From Caecitellus pseudoparvulus (lineage: Eukaryota; Protista; Bigyra: Bicosoecida): a stretch of 64,000 nucleotides of DNA. How positions within the stretch are numbered: the first letter of the stretch is position 1; each line of letters starts with the position of its first letter. Positions 11,686-21,963 of this stretch are shown piece by piece. Position numbers and translations under genes: made by a program. The stretch is from NCBI GenBank assembly GCA_965644315.1, contig CBFFRQ010000091.1:62001-126000 (forward strand). The letters are read 5' to 3'. The notes below the pieces were generated by a model, which was not told the DNA's origin, did not search any database, and saw nothing but the letters and a program-made list of their open reading frames with translations.

Positions 11686-14291
11686 ATGACAAGCCAAGGT
11701 GATGATCCCCGCTTCTTGCACCTGTTGCAGCCCCTTCGGTAAGACCAGCGCCCCGGTGAGGTTTGTGGCATTGCGGAAATCGGACGATGCTCCCCATGTG
11801 CTCGCGCACAGAGATCTGGCGCAGAACTGGAGCATTGACGTGGCGCGGGACTTGGAGGAGTACCTAGACGAGCTGGAGAGCATCAGCATCAGCTTCGATG
11901 GCGGCAAGACCAACCTGAACTTTGCAGAGGCGGCCCTGCTCATCCAGGTGCGCCACGTGCTCTAACGGGTGTCAGCGTGGCAGCGTGGCACCGATTCACT
12001 GCCGCCGCCGCAGGGCTCTGCCTGCATCTACTCCAAGAAGGTGGAGTACCTGTACAGTCTGATTTACAAGACCCTGGATATGCTCATGACCAAGGAGAAG
12101 CGCCGCAAGGTGAGGGTGCTGCGCCGGCAGCAGTTCACGCGCCATGTGCACTGCAGCTGCGACCCTCCCCCACCAACACAGCAAGCCAGCAGCATCAACG
12201 CCGAGGGTGTGGACACGGACGCCATGTTCGCAGCGACAGAGGAGTTTCTGTTGCTGGATGACATCATCGAGGGCTCTGGGAACGTGGACCTGGAGGAGGG
12301 CAGTGACGAATTCGCCGCCATTGCGTCGGCTGCCGTTACCGACCCACGCCGGACCCCCCGAGGGCCAGGCACTCACCAGAACATCATGGCCAAGTAAGGA
12401 CAGGCGGTGCCTGCGTCCAGCTGGTCGGTGCATCACCCACCCCTCCCTGATGCTTTGCAGGACACCCCTCTCTCGTATGGGCACCTATGGCAGCTTGGGC
12501 AGCGGGGGGGGGCGGCGGAGCAATTTCCGCCTCGCCTCCACGCCCCTGCACGAGGCCAGCGGGACGCTGCTCCTGGACGGCAACGCCGCCTGCCTGCTGG
12601 ATGCCCCCCTGGATGCCAGTGCGGCGGGGGCGTCCATGCTTCTGGGCGGGGCCTCCCCCGGCCCCGCCACAGGCAGCCTCTTCGGGCCAGGTGACTGGGC
12701 AGCAGGTCTCGCCGATGCCGACGCGCCCGTGGCTGGCGGCGGCGAAGAGGTGCCGGGCGGTGACTGGGGGGATGACGGTGCGGAGGGGGGGGATTGGGCC
12801 CCCCTGCAGCCGGCAGGGTCAGGCGGCGGCGCGCCGGTGGTGGGCAGTGGCACCCTGCGCCCACACGCCACCCGCCACACGGCCCCCGCCCACACTGACG
12901 CCTGGGCAGCTCTGGACATGTATGACGCCAGCATTGTGCACGTGGTGACGGAGGGTGGGGAGGAGGAGGCCGTGCCCACTGCCGCAGTGCAGGCTGTGCG
13001 GGCGGTGCCAGCGGCGCGCCCTCTCCGGGTGGCCTCCACGCGCCAACGCATCAGCAACGCAGCAGCCGTGGCGCGTTACGGCGGCCCCCTCGCCGCCGCC
13101 CGTGCCAAGGCCCTGCGCACACGGCCCAGGGGTGGCGCCTGGCGGGAGGCTGTGGCGGTGGAGGTGCAGGCGTGTGTGCCACTGCGTGGACCCGCTGCGC
13201 CCACACTGCACGGGGGAGCGTGCCTGCCAACTGCCGCGGCTCCATCGGCACCTGACATGGCGCCACACGCTGCAGCGTACAAGAAGGCCCTGGGGCGTGC
13301 GCGGTGGGCGGCCATGGCCGCGGCTGCGGCAGCGACACCAGGCTCCATGTTGTCCATGGAGGATGGCGGGGGGGGTGCCGACCTGGATGACATCCTGGGG
13401 GGGGGCTTCGACGACTTCGAGGGGGGGGGTGCCGAGGATGGCCCCCCCCCTGCCGACCTGGACTTCGCCGTCACAGGGGGCGCGGGCAGCGCCGCAGTGG
13501 CTGCCGCCCTACGCTTCGAAGAGGGTCTACCAGATGCCGGGGACATCGGGTACGAAGCTGCGGTGCGGGGGCACATCGAAGCGTACTTGCGCGAGGCGGC
13601 GGGGTTTGCCACGCAGACAGCCCTGACACGGCGTGTGGACGCTTGGCAGGCGAAGTTGGAGCCGCTGCTGGCTGCCCAGGAGGCAGAGGCGCCGTTTGAC
13701 ATGGCAGTGTACACGGCTGGCGTGGCGCAGGCGCTGGAGGGGGCGGGGTCCGGAGCAGCGCACCCAGTGCCCTTCGCGAGCCTGGTGGCTGGGGAGGGGG
13801 CCAAGGAGGTGGGGCGGCAGTTCCTGGCCCTGCTGCAGCTGGCCAACACGGGGGGGGTGTGTCTGCTGCACGAGGGGGTGGATGCGGCGGGGGAAGATGT
13901 GCCTTGTCCGACTGGGCACCCCCGCTGTCCACAGGTGGTGGGGGGGGCAGCGACTCCCCCCTCCCCGGCCGTGGACCCCCCCTCAGGCTGGGGCCAGCCA
14001 GGCTTCTCCGTGGCACTGCTGGTGCACCCCCCCTCACCGCAGACTGTGCAGCCCCCCTCCCAAGCCGCACAGCTTGAGCACACTCTCGAAGCCCTCACGC
14101 CCAGCAAGGCTGGGACCGGGCCGGGTGAGGTGGCAGCGACCAAGACACGTGGCGGACGGCGGGGGACTCGCCGGGCCCTGGCGCCCCTGCCCCAGGACCA
14201 GGCACCCCACCCCTCCCCTGCGCGCAAGGTCCGGCGGGGGGGGCGGAGGGGGCGTGCCGAGGCTGATGCCCCTGTGGCTCTGCGAGCGTGA
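11686..14291 (+). CDS. NCAPH2: Condensin II kleisin subunit CAP-H2 (multi-exon)
   Basis: The spliced N-terminus [71 protein letters not shown] is the CAP-H2 signature. The C-terminus has T.L..RV..WQ.KL.P.L..QE....FD and [16 protein letters not shown]. Confidence 0.93.
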
Positions 14292-14428
14292 GCCGCGGAC
14301 CCACGCCGGCGGAGGAATGCAATGTTGCTGTGCTTGCCAAATGCTCGCACTCGACCACACTGTCGCCCACGCCTTTCGCCCGTTTGCGCCAGCAACGCTC
14401 CACCCTGGCGCCGGCAGACCAGTGCAGC

Positions 14429-15378
14429 ATGCTGCCTCAACACGTGGACCATGGCCGGCACCGGGCCAGCTACGGCCGGGGGACCGTCATGCCCGCCTTT
14501 CTGCGCAAGTTGTGCAATGTCAAGTCCATGAACTTTGAAATCGCCGCGTACCACATGCTGGAGATGCTGCGCAACCCCGACAAAGTGTGCGTGCGCAGGG
14601 TGCCGGGCAGCAGCAAATACCGCACCTCGACGCCGCCTCCTCACAGCTTCGCTTTCGCTGCTCGGCGCAAACGTGAGAGTGCCCTGCATGCACAGCTTGT
14701 CAGTGCCACTGCACTGCCCCTGTCCCCGCACGCCACTGGCGCAGAACAAACCAACATGTGGGCCAGGGAGGACCCGGCTTTCCTGGTGCTGCAGTGTCTG
14801 CTGTTGGCGGTGGGTGGCACCCCGTCGTGAGCTGCCAGGCCGCCAGGACACACGCCACCCGCTCCCCCCTTGCACAGATCACAGCTGTAGTGTACGGACT
14901 GGTGCTGGGGCGGCCCACCCTGGCCAGTCTCCTGTGGCTGGCCCTGGGCAGTGTGGCGCAGTACCTGGTGCTGGGCGGGCTCGTGGCTTCTTTCACAGTG
15001 TGGCTGTGCAACGCCCACCTGCGAGGGCCGGCCCAGCCCCACACCGTGGAGCAGAAAGTGGAGTGGATGTACGCCCTGGACGTCCATGCCAACGCCTTCT
15101 GGGTGCTCTTCCTGCTCCTGCACTTGGGCCAGCTGCTGCTGCTGCCGTTGCTGGCCGGGCCAGGCTTCTCCTGCATGCTGCTGGGCAACTCGCTGTACGC
15201 CGCAGCCCTGGGCGTGTACGTGTACTTGACCTTCAGGGGCTTCCTCGTCCTGCCCTTCCTGCAGCGCCCTTCCCTTCTCCTGTACCCCCTCGTGCCCCTG
15301 GCGCTGGGCCTGCTCCTGTCTATTGCGCTGCAGGTCCACGTTGCAAGGGGCCTGCTGGGATGGTACTTTGCGCTGTGA
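14429..15378 (+). CDS. UNC50: UNC-50 / Gmh1 family Golgi membrane protein (multi-exon)
   Basis: Motifs MNFEIAAYHML, WAREDPAFLVL, VEWMYALDVHANAF and GNSLY...YLTFRGF..LPFL, with multiple hydrophobic segments. Confidence 0.9.
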
Positions 15379-15540
15379 GGGGCAAACTCGTCACCACCAA
15401 CATTGCGCGTCGCCGTCAGTCTGTTGCACACGTACCCCTGTCCTGCGCTGCACTGGCTGCGCGCCCTCTACGGCGCTGCATAGGCTGCACTGCTTGGCGT
15501 TGTGGCCGTCAAAATCCGCACCGCGCGCCGCCGACACAGC

Positions 15541-16020
15541 ATGGACGTGTCTGACAAGGTCGCCGCCGCACGCAGCAAGTTTGCGTCCCCCACCAACACC
15601 TACGTGTCACCAGTGTCTGCCAGGCTGGCTGCCATGCGCCGCCGCGGCCATGCTGGCTGTGCCGTGCAGGGGCCCAGCCTCATCACTGGCCTGGGCGACA
15701 CAGCGCCAGCGCAGGCAGGCAGCACGACACCCCCCCCTGCGCGGGCAGCCCCACCCACGGCTGCCACCACTCCCACAGCAGCGTCCACCTCTGCCCTGGT
15801 GCCCCAGGCCACCCTGCCCACCATCCTCAGCCCAGGCCGGCCCAATGGTGTGTCGGGCAGCACCAGCACCAAGACCTCTCGAGGCGGCAGCCGCCGTGGG
15901 CAGGGCCGCACTACACAGCGCCGCCCAGCAGGAGTGCGCGACGTCAAGGTGGCGCCACCCAGCGGCTTGGGCGGCACGCGTCGCGCCGGCGGCGTGCTGT
16001 CCCCCCGCATGATGCGGTGA
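15541..16020 (+). CDS. Small basic disordered protein with Spo12-like motif
   Basis: 159-aa ORF from the ATG at 15541. Its N-terminal KFASPTNTYVSPVSARL resembles the Spo12 family core SPTD..lSP.S.kL. Confidence 0.6.
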   Translation: MDVSDKVAAARSKFASPTNTYVSPVSARLAAMRRRGHAGCAVQGPSLITGLGDTAPAQAGSTTPPPARAAPPTAATTPTAASTSALVPQATLPTILSPGRPNGVSGSTSTKTSRGGSRRGQGRTTQRRPAGVRDVKVAPPSGLGGTRRAGGVLSPRMMR

Positions 16021-16254
16021 GCACCGCGCCCACAGCACGAGTCCTCACAAACGCTGCGTGCCAGCCCTTGAAGAGCGGCACATGGTACAAGCCCACTGGT
16101 CCTGCACAGCCCTGGCGCCGGTCCTGGCCTGGGAGTACGGGGAGCGCTGCCGCGCACACGGCAAGCCTGCGCCACAATTCAACCACCCCCTCACACGCAG
16201 CGTGGCCGTGCAGCGCCATGCGGCAGGGCACCACATGAGCACTGTACGCTTGCC

Positions 16255-17877
16255 ATGCAGAGTGCAGCGTCCGGCGCCGCCGCGACGGGCGGGCCGGAGG
16301 GACTGTCCATTCGCACTCCCAACACGGGCGCTTCGCCTGCAGTGCAGCAAGGCGGCGGGCACGCCGGCGGCGCCGCAGGCGGCGGCGATGACGGCGGCTC
16401 CATCACGCTCAAGTGTTCCGATGCGTCACTGGGCACGGTGACGCACCACAGGGTGACGGTGCAGCACGTGAGCATCGGGGCCAACCAGGCCCTCGTGTGG
16501 CACTGCCCACAACGGCGCAGTACTTATGCACACGTCAAGGACTCTGAGCAGTGCCAGCAAGGGCAGGTGCGCATCGTGGCCAAGTGCAAGATGAAGGATG
16601 ACGGCACAGTGCGGTACGTCAGCCCGTACCAGTACTTCGCCCTCAAGATCCAGGACAAGGTGAGTGGCGGCGTTTCGGCGGCTTGGCACGCCCGCGCCCG
16701 TCAAGCCCTCCCCCCGCGCCGGTCAACGCCACATGCCGCTGCAATGCCCACACAGGACCGAGTGGCTGCACAGCAAGCCCGGCTGTCGGAAGGCTACGGC
16801 GGCGACGACACGCTGCTTGAGAAAGCCCTCATGTACAACTTGTCGTCCCACCCGCACGTGGCCCGCATCGTGGAGTGCTGGCACGAAGCCCGTAACATCT
16901 ACACCGTCATGGAGTACGTGAACGGGGAGCTGCTGTCCCGTGTTTCGGCAGGGGGCGCCTTCGACGAGGCCACGGCGCGCCACTTCTTCCGCCAAATCCT
17001 GGCTGGCGTCAAGGCCCTGCACGACATCGGCTACTGCCACCGCGACCTGTCCCTGGAGAACGTCCTCGTCACGGACGATGACGTGGCCAAGCTCATCGAC
17101 TTCGGCGCCGCGGCGCGCCTGCCGCCGCTCTCCCGCGTCACGGCCCCCGACGGCTCCACGTCGTGGGTGGACACGCCCCTGCAGCCGCCCGCGACACCCT
17201 TTGGCAAGACTGCCTACATGCTGCCTGAGTACTACCACAAGCTGCCCTACTCGGGCCGCCAGTTCGACCTCTGGTCTGCCGCCGTCTGCCTGTACATCAT
17301 GCTGGAGGGCGAGTACCTGTATGCGGCTCCATCGGCAGCGGATGCCAAGTTCATGGCCCTGCACACGGGCAACTTCGCGGGGCTGTTCGAGGCGCGTAAT
17401 ACGGCACGGGCGGCGGCCGGGCGCCCCCCCCTCTCCCCCGCCCTGCAGGACCTCCTGGCCGGCACGCTGCACCCAGACCCCAACGCACGCCCCCACACTG
17501 TGGACGTGCTACTGGGGCATGTGTGGGTGAGCGGGAGCACTCCCCCTCCACCCCCCCTCTCCTCCACCGCCTCCACTGGCTCCGCTGGCATAGCTGCCCT
17601 GGCCCTGGGCGTCGCAGGGCTGTCTGTGGAGCAGCAGGCAGCGCTGGATGCGCTGGAGGATGAGGAGGACGCCGAGCTGGGGGGGCAGGGGGGGGACACC
17701 GCCGCCACCTACATCGGTGCTCTGCACGCTCAGTTCAGTGCTGGGGCGGGGGCGGGGGGTGCACCTGCACCGGCACAGCCCCCCCCCGCGCCCGCTGGTG
17801 GCGTCTTCGGGGGGGCTTCCTCTGTGGTGGAGACACGGGCGGGTGTGCGGGAGGTGAGGGTGGGAGGAGGGCGGTGA
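16255..17877 (+). CDS. Ser/Thr protein kinase (CAMK-like, HRDLSLEN subgroup); probable in-frame intron ~16660-16755
   Basis: FALK, VMEY, CHRDLSLENVL, DFG, GKTAYMLPE, DLWSAAV and DPNARP motifs. Confidence 0.92.
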   Translation: MQSAASGAAATGGPEGLSIRTPNTGASPAVQQGGGHAGGAAGGGDDGGSITLKCSDASLGTVTHHRVTVQHVSIGANQALVWHCPQRRSTYAHVKDSEQCQQGQVRIVAKCKMKDDGTVRYVSPYQYFALKIQDKVSGGVSAAWHARARQALPPRRSTPHAAAMPTQDRVAAQQARLSEGYGGDDTLLEKALMYNLSSHPHVARIVECWHEARNIYTVMEYVNGELLSRVSAGGAFDEATARHFFRQILAGVKALHDIGYCHRDLSLENVLVTDDDVAKLIDFGAAARLPPLSRVTAPDGSTSWVDTPLQPPATPFGKTAYMLPEYYHKLPYSGRQFDLWSAAVCLYIMLEGEYLYAAPSAADAKFMALHTGNFAGLFEARNTARAAAGRPPLSPALQDLLAGTLHPDPNARPHTVDVLLGHVWVSGSTPPPPPLSSTASTGSAGIAALALGVAGLSVEQQAALDALEDEEDAELGGQGGDTAATYIGALHAQFSAGAGAGGAPAPAQPPPAPAGGVFGGASSVVETRAGVREVRVGGGR

Positions 17878-18089
17878 GGGGGGGTGTGCGTCCCCCCACC
17901 CCCCTCCCCACCACTGACCATACGCCGCCGCCTGCCGGGATGTAATGCAACAGCAGTCTTCCTGTCGCGGGCACTGCGCCCGTGTGTGTGCGTGTGAGTG
18001 CATTGGCGGGACAGCAAAGAACAGAACAACCCGAACACCGAGAACACACAGATTCCGCAACACACACACACGCACACACCGCGGGGGCG

Positions 18090-19938
18090 TCACCTGCCCC
18101 GACGCCGAATGCGCATTGCTCCGCCCAGCCCCACCCCTGCCGGGGCGGGGTGTCGCCGCCCTCCCCCCCCTGACAGTATCCCGGAGCGCGCCGCTGCCGT
18201 GGGCCCATGCCCCGCAGCCGCTGCGGCGGAGGCGGAGGAGGACTTGACTGGGGCGCGGGCGGCGGCGGTGGCAGCCTTGCCGGCTGACTTGCTGAGGGGG
18301 TTCACCTTCACCCGTGCGCCGTCTGTGAACAGCGCCGTCAGCTGCACGCCCTGCAGCCCGTCACCGTGCCGGATGCCAGAGGTGTTGGACCGGGCCCGCA
18401 TGGAGGCGGCGACGTCCAGGGGGTTCCGCATGCCCCCGCCGCCCCCGCCGCCGCTCATGGCGCCCAGCACTGTGTCGCCCAGGGCGGCACTGGTGACACC
18501 GCCCTCCGCCGGGGCTGCTTGCGCCGTCGGACGCCGTCGGCGCCGGGGGGCGAAGTCCAGGGTCAGCGTGGCGAGGGGAGGCAGCGCCGACACAGAGACG
18601 GGGCGTGCCGTCTGGCGTGCAGCCAGCTGCTCTGTAATGGTCAGGCTGTCGCGCAGGCTGGAGTGCCCTGTGGGGGGCAGGGGGGTCACGGGGTCCACCA
18701 CCAGGCTGGGCCGGTGCTTCATGGCCAGGACACTGGCCCGGCGGCGAGAGGAGCCCGACTCCACATCCCCCTTGCCGGGGGCGGGCAGGGCCGGTGGCTT
18801 GGACCGGCCCATGCGGGTGAGCAGGAACACGGCAGCCAAGAACACGACGCCCCCTGCGGCGATGCCGAGGATGGCGGGCAGGGGCAGCCCGGCGGCGGCG
18901 GCGTCGGCGCCGCCGCCGTCATCGTCCCCGAACCGGTTGTTGTTGATGATGTCATCCAGATTGTCCACTGGCACCGTGACGCTGGGGGACACGCTGGGGG
19001 ACACGCTGGGCGAGCGGCTGGGCAGAGGCGTCGGCGTGCGGGAGGGGTCCACACAGTCGTCACTGCCAGTGCTGGCGTCATCCCGCACGCCGCCACAGTT
19101 GCGGATGGGGGAGGCTGAGGCGCTGGGCGTGGCCTGCTGCAGGCTCCGGGGGTCCTCCCACGCTCGCGAGGCGCTGGGCGTCGGCCACGGCGCCTTGCGC
19201 ACGCCCTGGCCACTTCCCGGGCCGCCTGCACCAGGCACCGACGGCGCCCGAGCTCCGACATAGGCACATGCCACAGCAGCGCCGACGCCGGGCTGGCAAC
19301 GCGCCGAGGAACAGCGCACCTCCACGCTGGACTTGGCCTGCTGAGCCTGCCACTGCAGGGCACAGGTGCTGGGAGATGTGCACCCTGTCGAGGGTCCCTG
19401 CAGCGCCTGCCCTGCTGCAGTGATGAGGCGGCCGAGGCTGGAGCGTTGCCAGGCGCTGTGAGGCGTGTGCAGGGCGCACAGCATGCCAGGTTGCACAGCA
19501 ACAGTGCCACTGCATATTGGCCCGCGCTGCCCACGCCTGTGCCTGCGTAGGGCGCGGTGGCAGGAGGGGGTAGGTGCTGCAGGCTACCGAAGCTTGCCGG
19601 CGTCGCAACGCGGCCAGCCAGGCCTTCACTACGCACCGCTCACACGTGGCGTTCAGAGCCTGGACGAGGGCTTGGGCGCCTGGACCATGGCTAGGCGCGT
19701 GCTTGGCGCCCACTGCTTGCCTTTCCCCGCCTGCACTGCCCTGGATTGCCCCTGTGAGCTCCCAACGCACGTGCACCTTGCCAACCTCCGCAACTTGCCT
19801 CCAAGCCCGACCGTGCCACACCACTGCATCGTGCAGAAACGCAGACCCGCTCACTTCAAGAGGGTGCACAAGGGCAGCCAAGCAGAGCAGCGCCATCACG
19901 GCCAGCGGCCTGGGCCACGCCCTACCTTGCCGCAGCAT
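18090..19938 (-). CDS. Putative type I single-pass membrane protein with Ser/Pro/Thr stalk (multi-exon, 5' structure uncertain)
   Basis: Signal-like LAVMALLCLAALVHP near 19900, PSRTPTPLPSRSPSVSPSVSPS stalk, TM segment LPLPAILGIAAGGVVFLAAVFLL followed by basic residues and a disordered tail. Confidence 0.6.
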
Positions 19939-20101
19939 GATGCGCTCAGCCCTCAAGCGCAGGTCTCCGAGCCGGGCCCTGCCCACGCCGCTGCGCCGGC
20001 CGACATGCGTCGACAGGGGGTGAGACGCAGGGAGTACACCCTGTGTGCCCCTTGCCATACTTTGAGTCACGTGCATTGTGCGTGCAGGCGCCTCCTGGCC
20101 G

Positions 20102-21641
20102 TCACTTGCCTGCCCACGCCCCATGCCCCAGCCACGCCTTGACCAGCTGGCCCATCCGGGCAGCAGCAGGGGGCGTCACGGCAGGCGCGCCGTTGGAGGC
20201 AGGCACGAGCCCCCCCCACCACATGACGTACTTCACCCCAACACCGCCCACCTGCTCTTTACGGGCCACTGCCGCAGCTGCGTGGGCCATGATGCCCCTG
20301 TCCAGGGTCATGTTGAAGCCAGGCAGGAAGGGTCTGCGAGGGGGGGGTGAGGGGGGGGGTGAGGAGGGTGTGGGCGCCTCACGCTTTGCGAGGGCTCACC
20401 TGAACCACACCAGCACCGGCTTCAGCAGCTGCAGGATGGCGGGAGTCAAGTGAGTCATCACGGCGCCAGGGCACACCACCACTGACTGCACCTGTGACGC
20501 ACTGGCCAGATCAGCCTGCGCAGGGGGGTGGGGAGGCGGCACGATCACAGTGCTGCCGCTCAGCAATGCGCCACGCCAGCACTCACACTGTACAGGTCAG
20601 TAGCGAACTTGGCCTCGCCATAGCTCTCGCCGTGGCCACCCGTCACGTTCACCTCCCCCTCATGCTCCGCCGGTGGTGGCGCCAGCGCCTCCCACACCAG
20701 GTGTGCCGCTGACGCCGCCCTGGAGCCAGACCACACCACCCGCCCTCCCGCCTCGTCGTCGTGCACTCGCCCTGGCGCCAGCAGCAGCCGCAGCTGCTCG
20801 ATGAGCAGTGCATGCCCCAGCACGTGCGTTGCAAAGACATTGGGGGCGCCGGCGCACGAGTAGTTGTGACCCCACAGCGGCTGCGGCAGGAAGTGCACGC
20901 CAGCAGCGTGGGCGCGCCCTGTCTCGAAGAAGTGTGGGATGGCAGCGCGCAGTGTGGCCTCCACAGCCACGCCCCAATTCATGCGCTCCACAGGCATGTT
21001 CCCGGCGTTGCAGAACAACACATCCAGGCGACGCAGGCTGCGCGGAGGGGGGCGTGGGGCGCATGTCTACGCGGCTGCGCTGCTCTGCGGCGGCGAGGCT
21101 CACCTGGCGCGCAGGGAGGAAGCTGCCTTGCGAATGCTGGCGGGGTCCGCCACGTCCACCACGCACAGCTGCAGCTTGGCGCCAGGCACAGCCTCGCGGA
21201 TGGCCTGCAACGCAGCATGCCCACGCTGAGCGCTCCGGCACCCCATGATCACCTCCACACCTTGCTCTGCTAGCCGCTTGCACAAGTGAAAGCCAATGCC
21301 ACTGCGCATAGTTCCAGGGGCACCGCAATTTCCGCAGCTGCTCCGCGGCGTGGCGCGCCCCTCACACACCTGTTTGCGCCTGTGACCATGACAGTGAAGC
21401 CATTCGTTCGCTTTGACAGTGTTCCCGCCAGCTCCAAGCTCTCCTTCAACATCTGCGACCACAGCATGCGCCAGGGCGCTACTTTTGCCAGCAAGCGACA
21501 CGCTGCCGCTGCGCCACAGCGTACCTTCTTCTCGGCAGCGTCCTGCAGGAACCCTGCCACGACCAGGGCCACGGCAGCGACAAGTGCCACGATGCCAACC
21601 CACTGCCACAGGCCCACGTCGGCCAGCGTGGAGGTGTCCAT
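20102..21641 (-). CDS. HSD17B7: 3-ketosteroid reductase-like SDR (HSD17B7/Erg27 type) with N-terminal membrane anchor (multi-exon)
   Basis: Spliced VTGANSGIG..LCKRL, CNAGNMP, VFATHVLGH, VVWSGSRAA, ESYGEAKFATDLYS (YxxxK) and VVCPGAVMTHLT parallel HSD17B7 NAGIMP / VFETNVFGH / IWTSSRSA / EPYSSSKYATDLLS / ACPGTALTNLT. Confidence 0.75.
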
Positions 21642-21963
21642 GCCACTCAACTGGCCAGTTGTCCGGACAGGGCTTCACGCAGTCTGCTGGCACAGAGCAA
21701 CACTTGCCTTGGCTGAAAACCACACAAGGCGCCGCTGCAAGACAGCGAAGGGCCGAATGTGGTGTTTGCAGAGGTGCTGAAGGTTGCGGGAGCGCTCGAA
21801 AAGTGCCATTTCTGGCGACTTGCGCTTCGGGCACCTGAACAATTGAACAGCAGATGTAGTGGGGGAGAGCCCAAATGCAGACTGCTTACATATCCGTCCC
21901 TTTTAATACCGATGAAAGGAGAACACTGAATTGCGAAAAACGAACCAGAACATCATGTGCCCA

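Noticed and set aside
17982-18079. 13-bp inverted repeat (gtgtgtgcgtgtg / cacacgcacacac) between convergent genes
   Set aside because: It is explained by GT/CA dinucleotide microsatellites, which are common in these UTRs.
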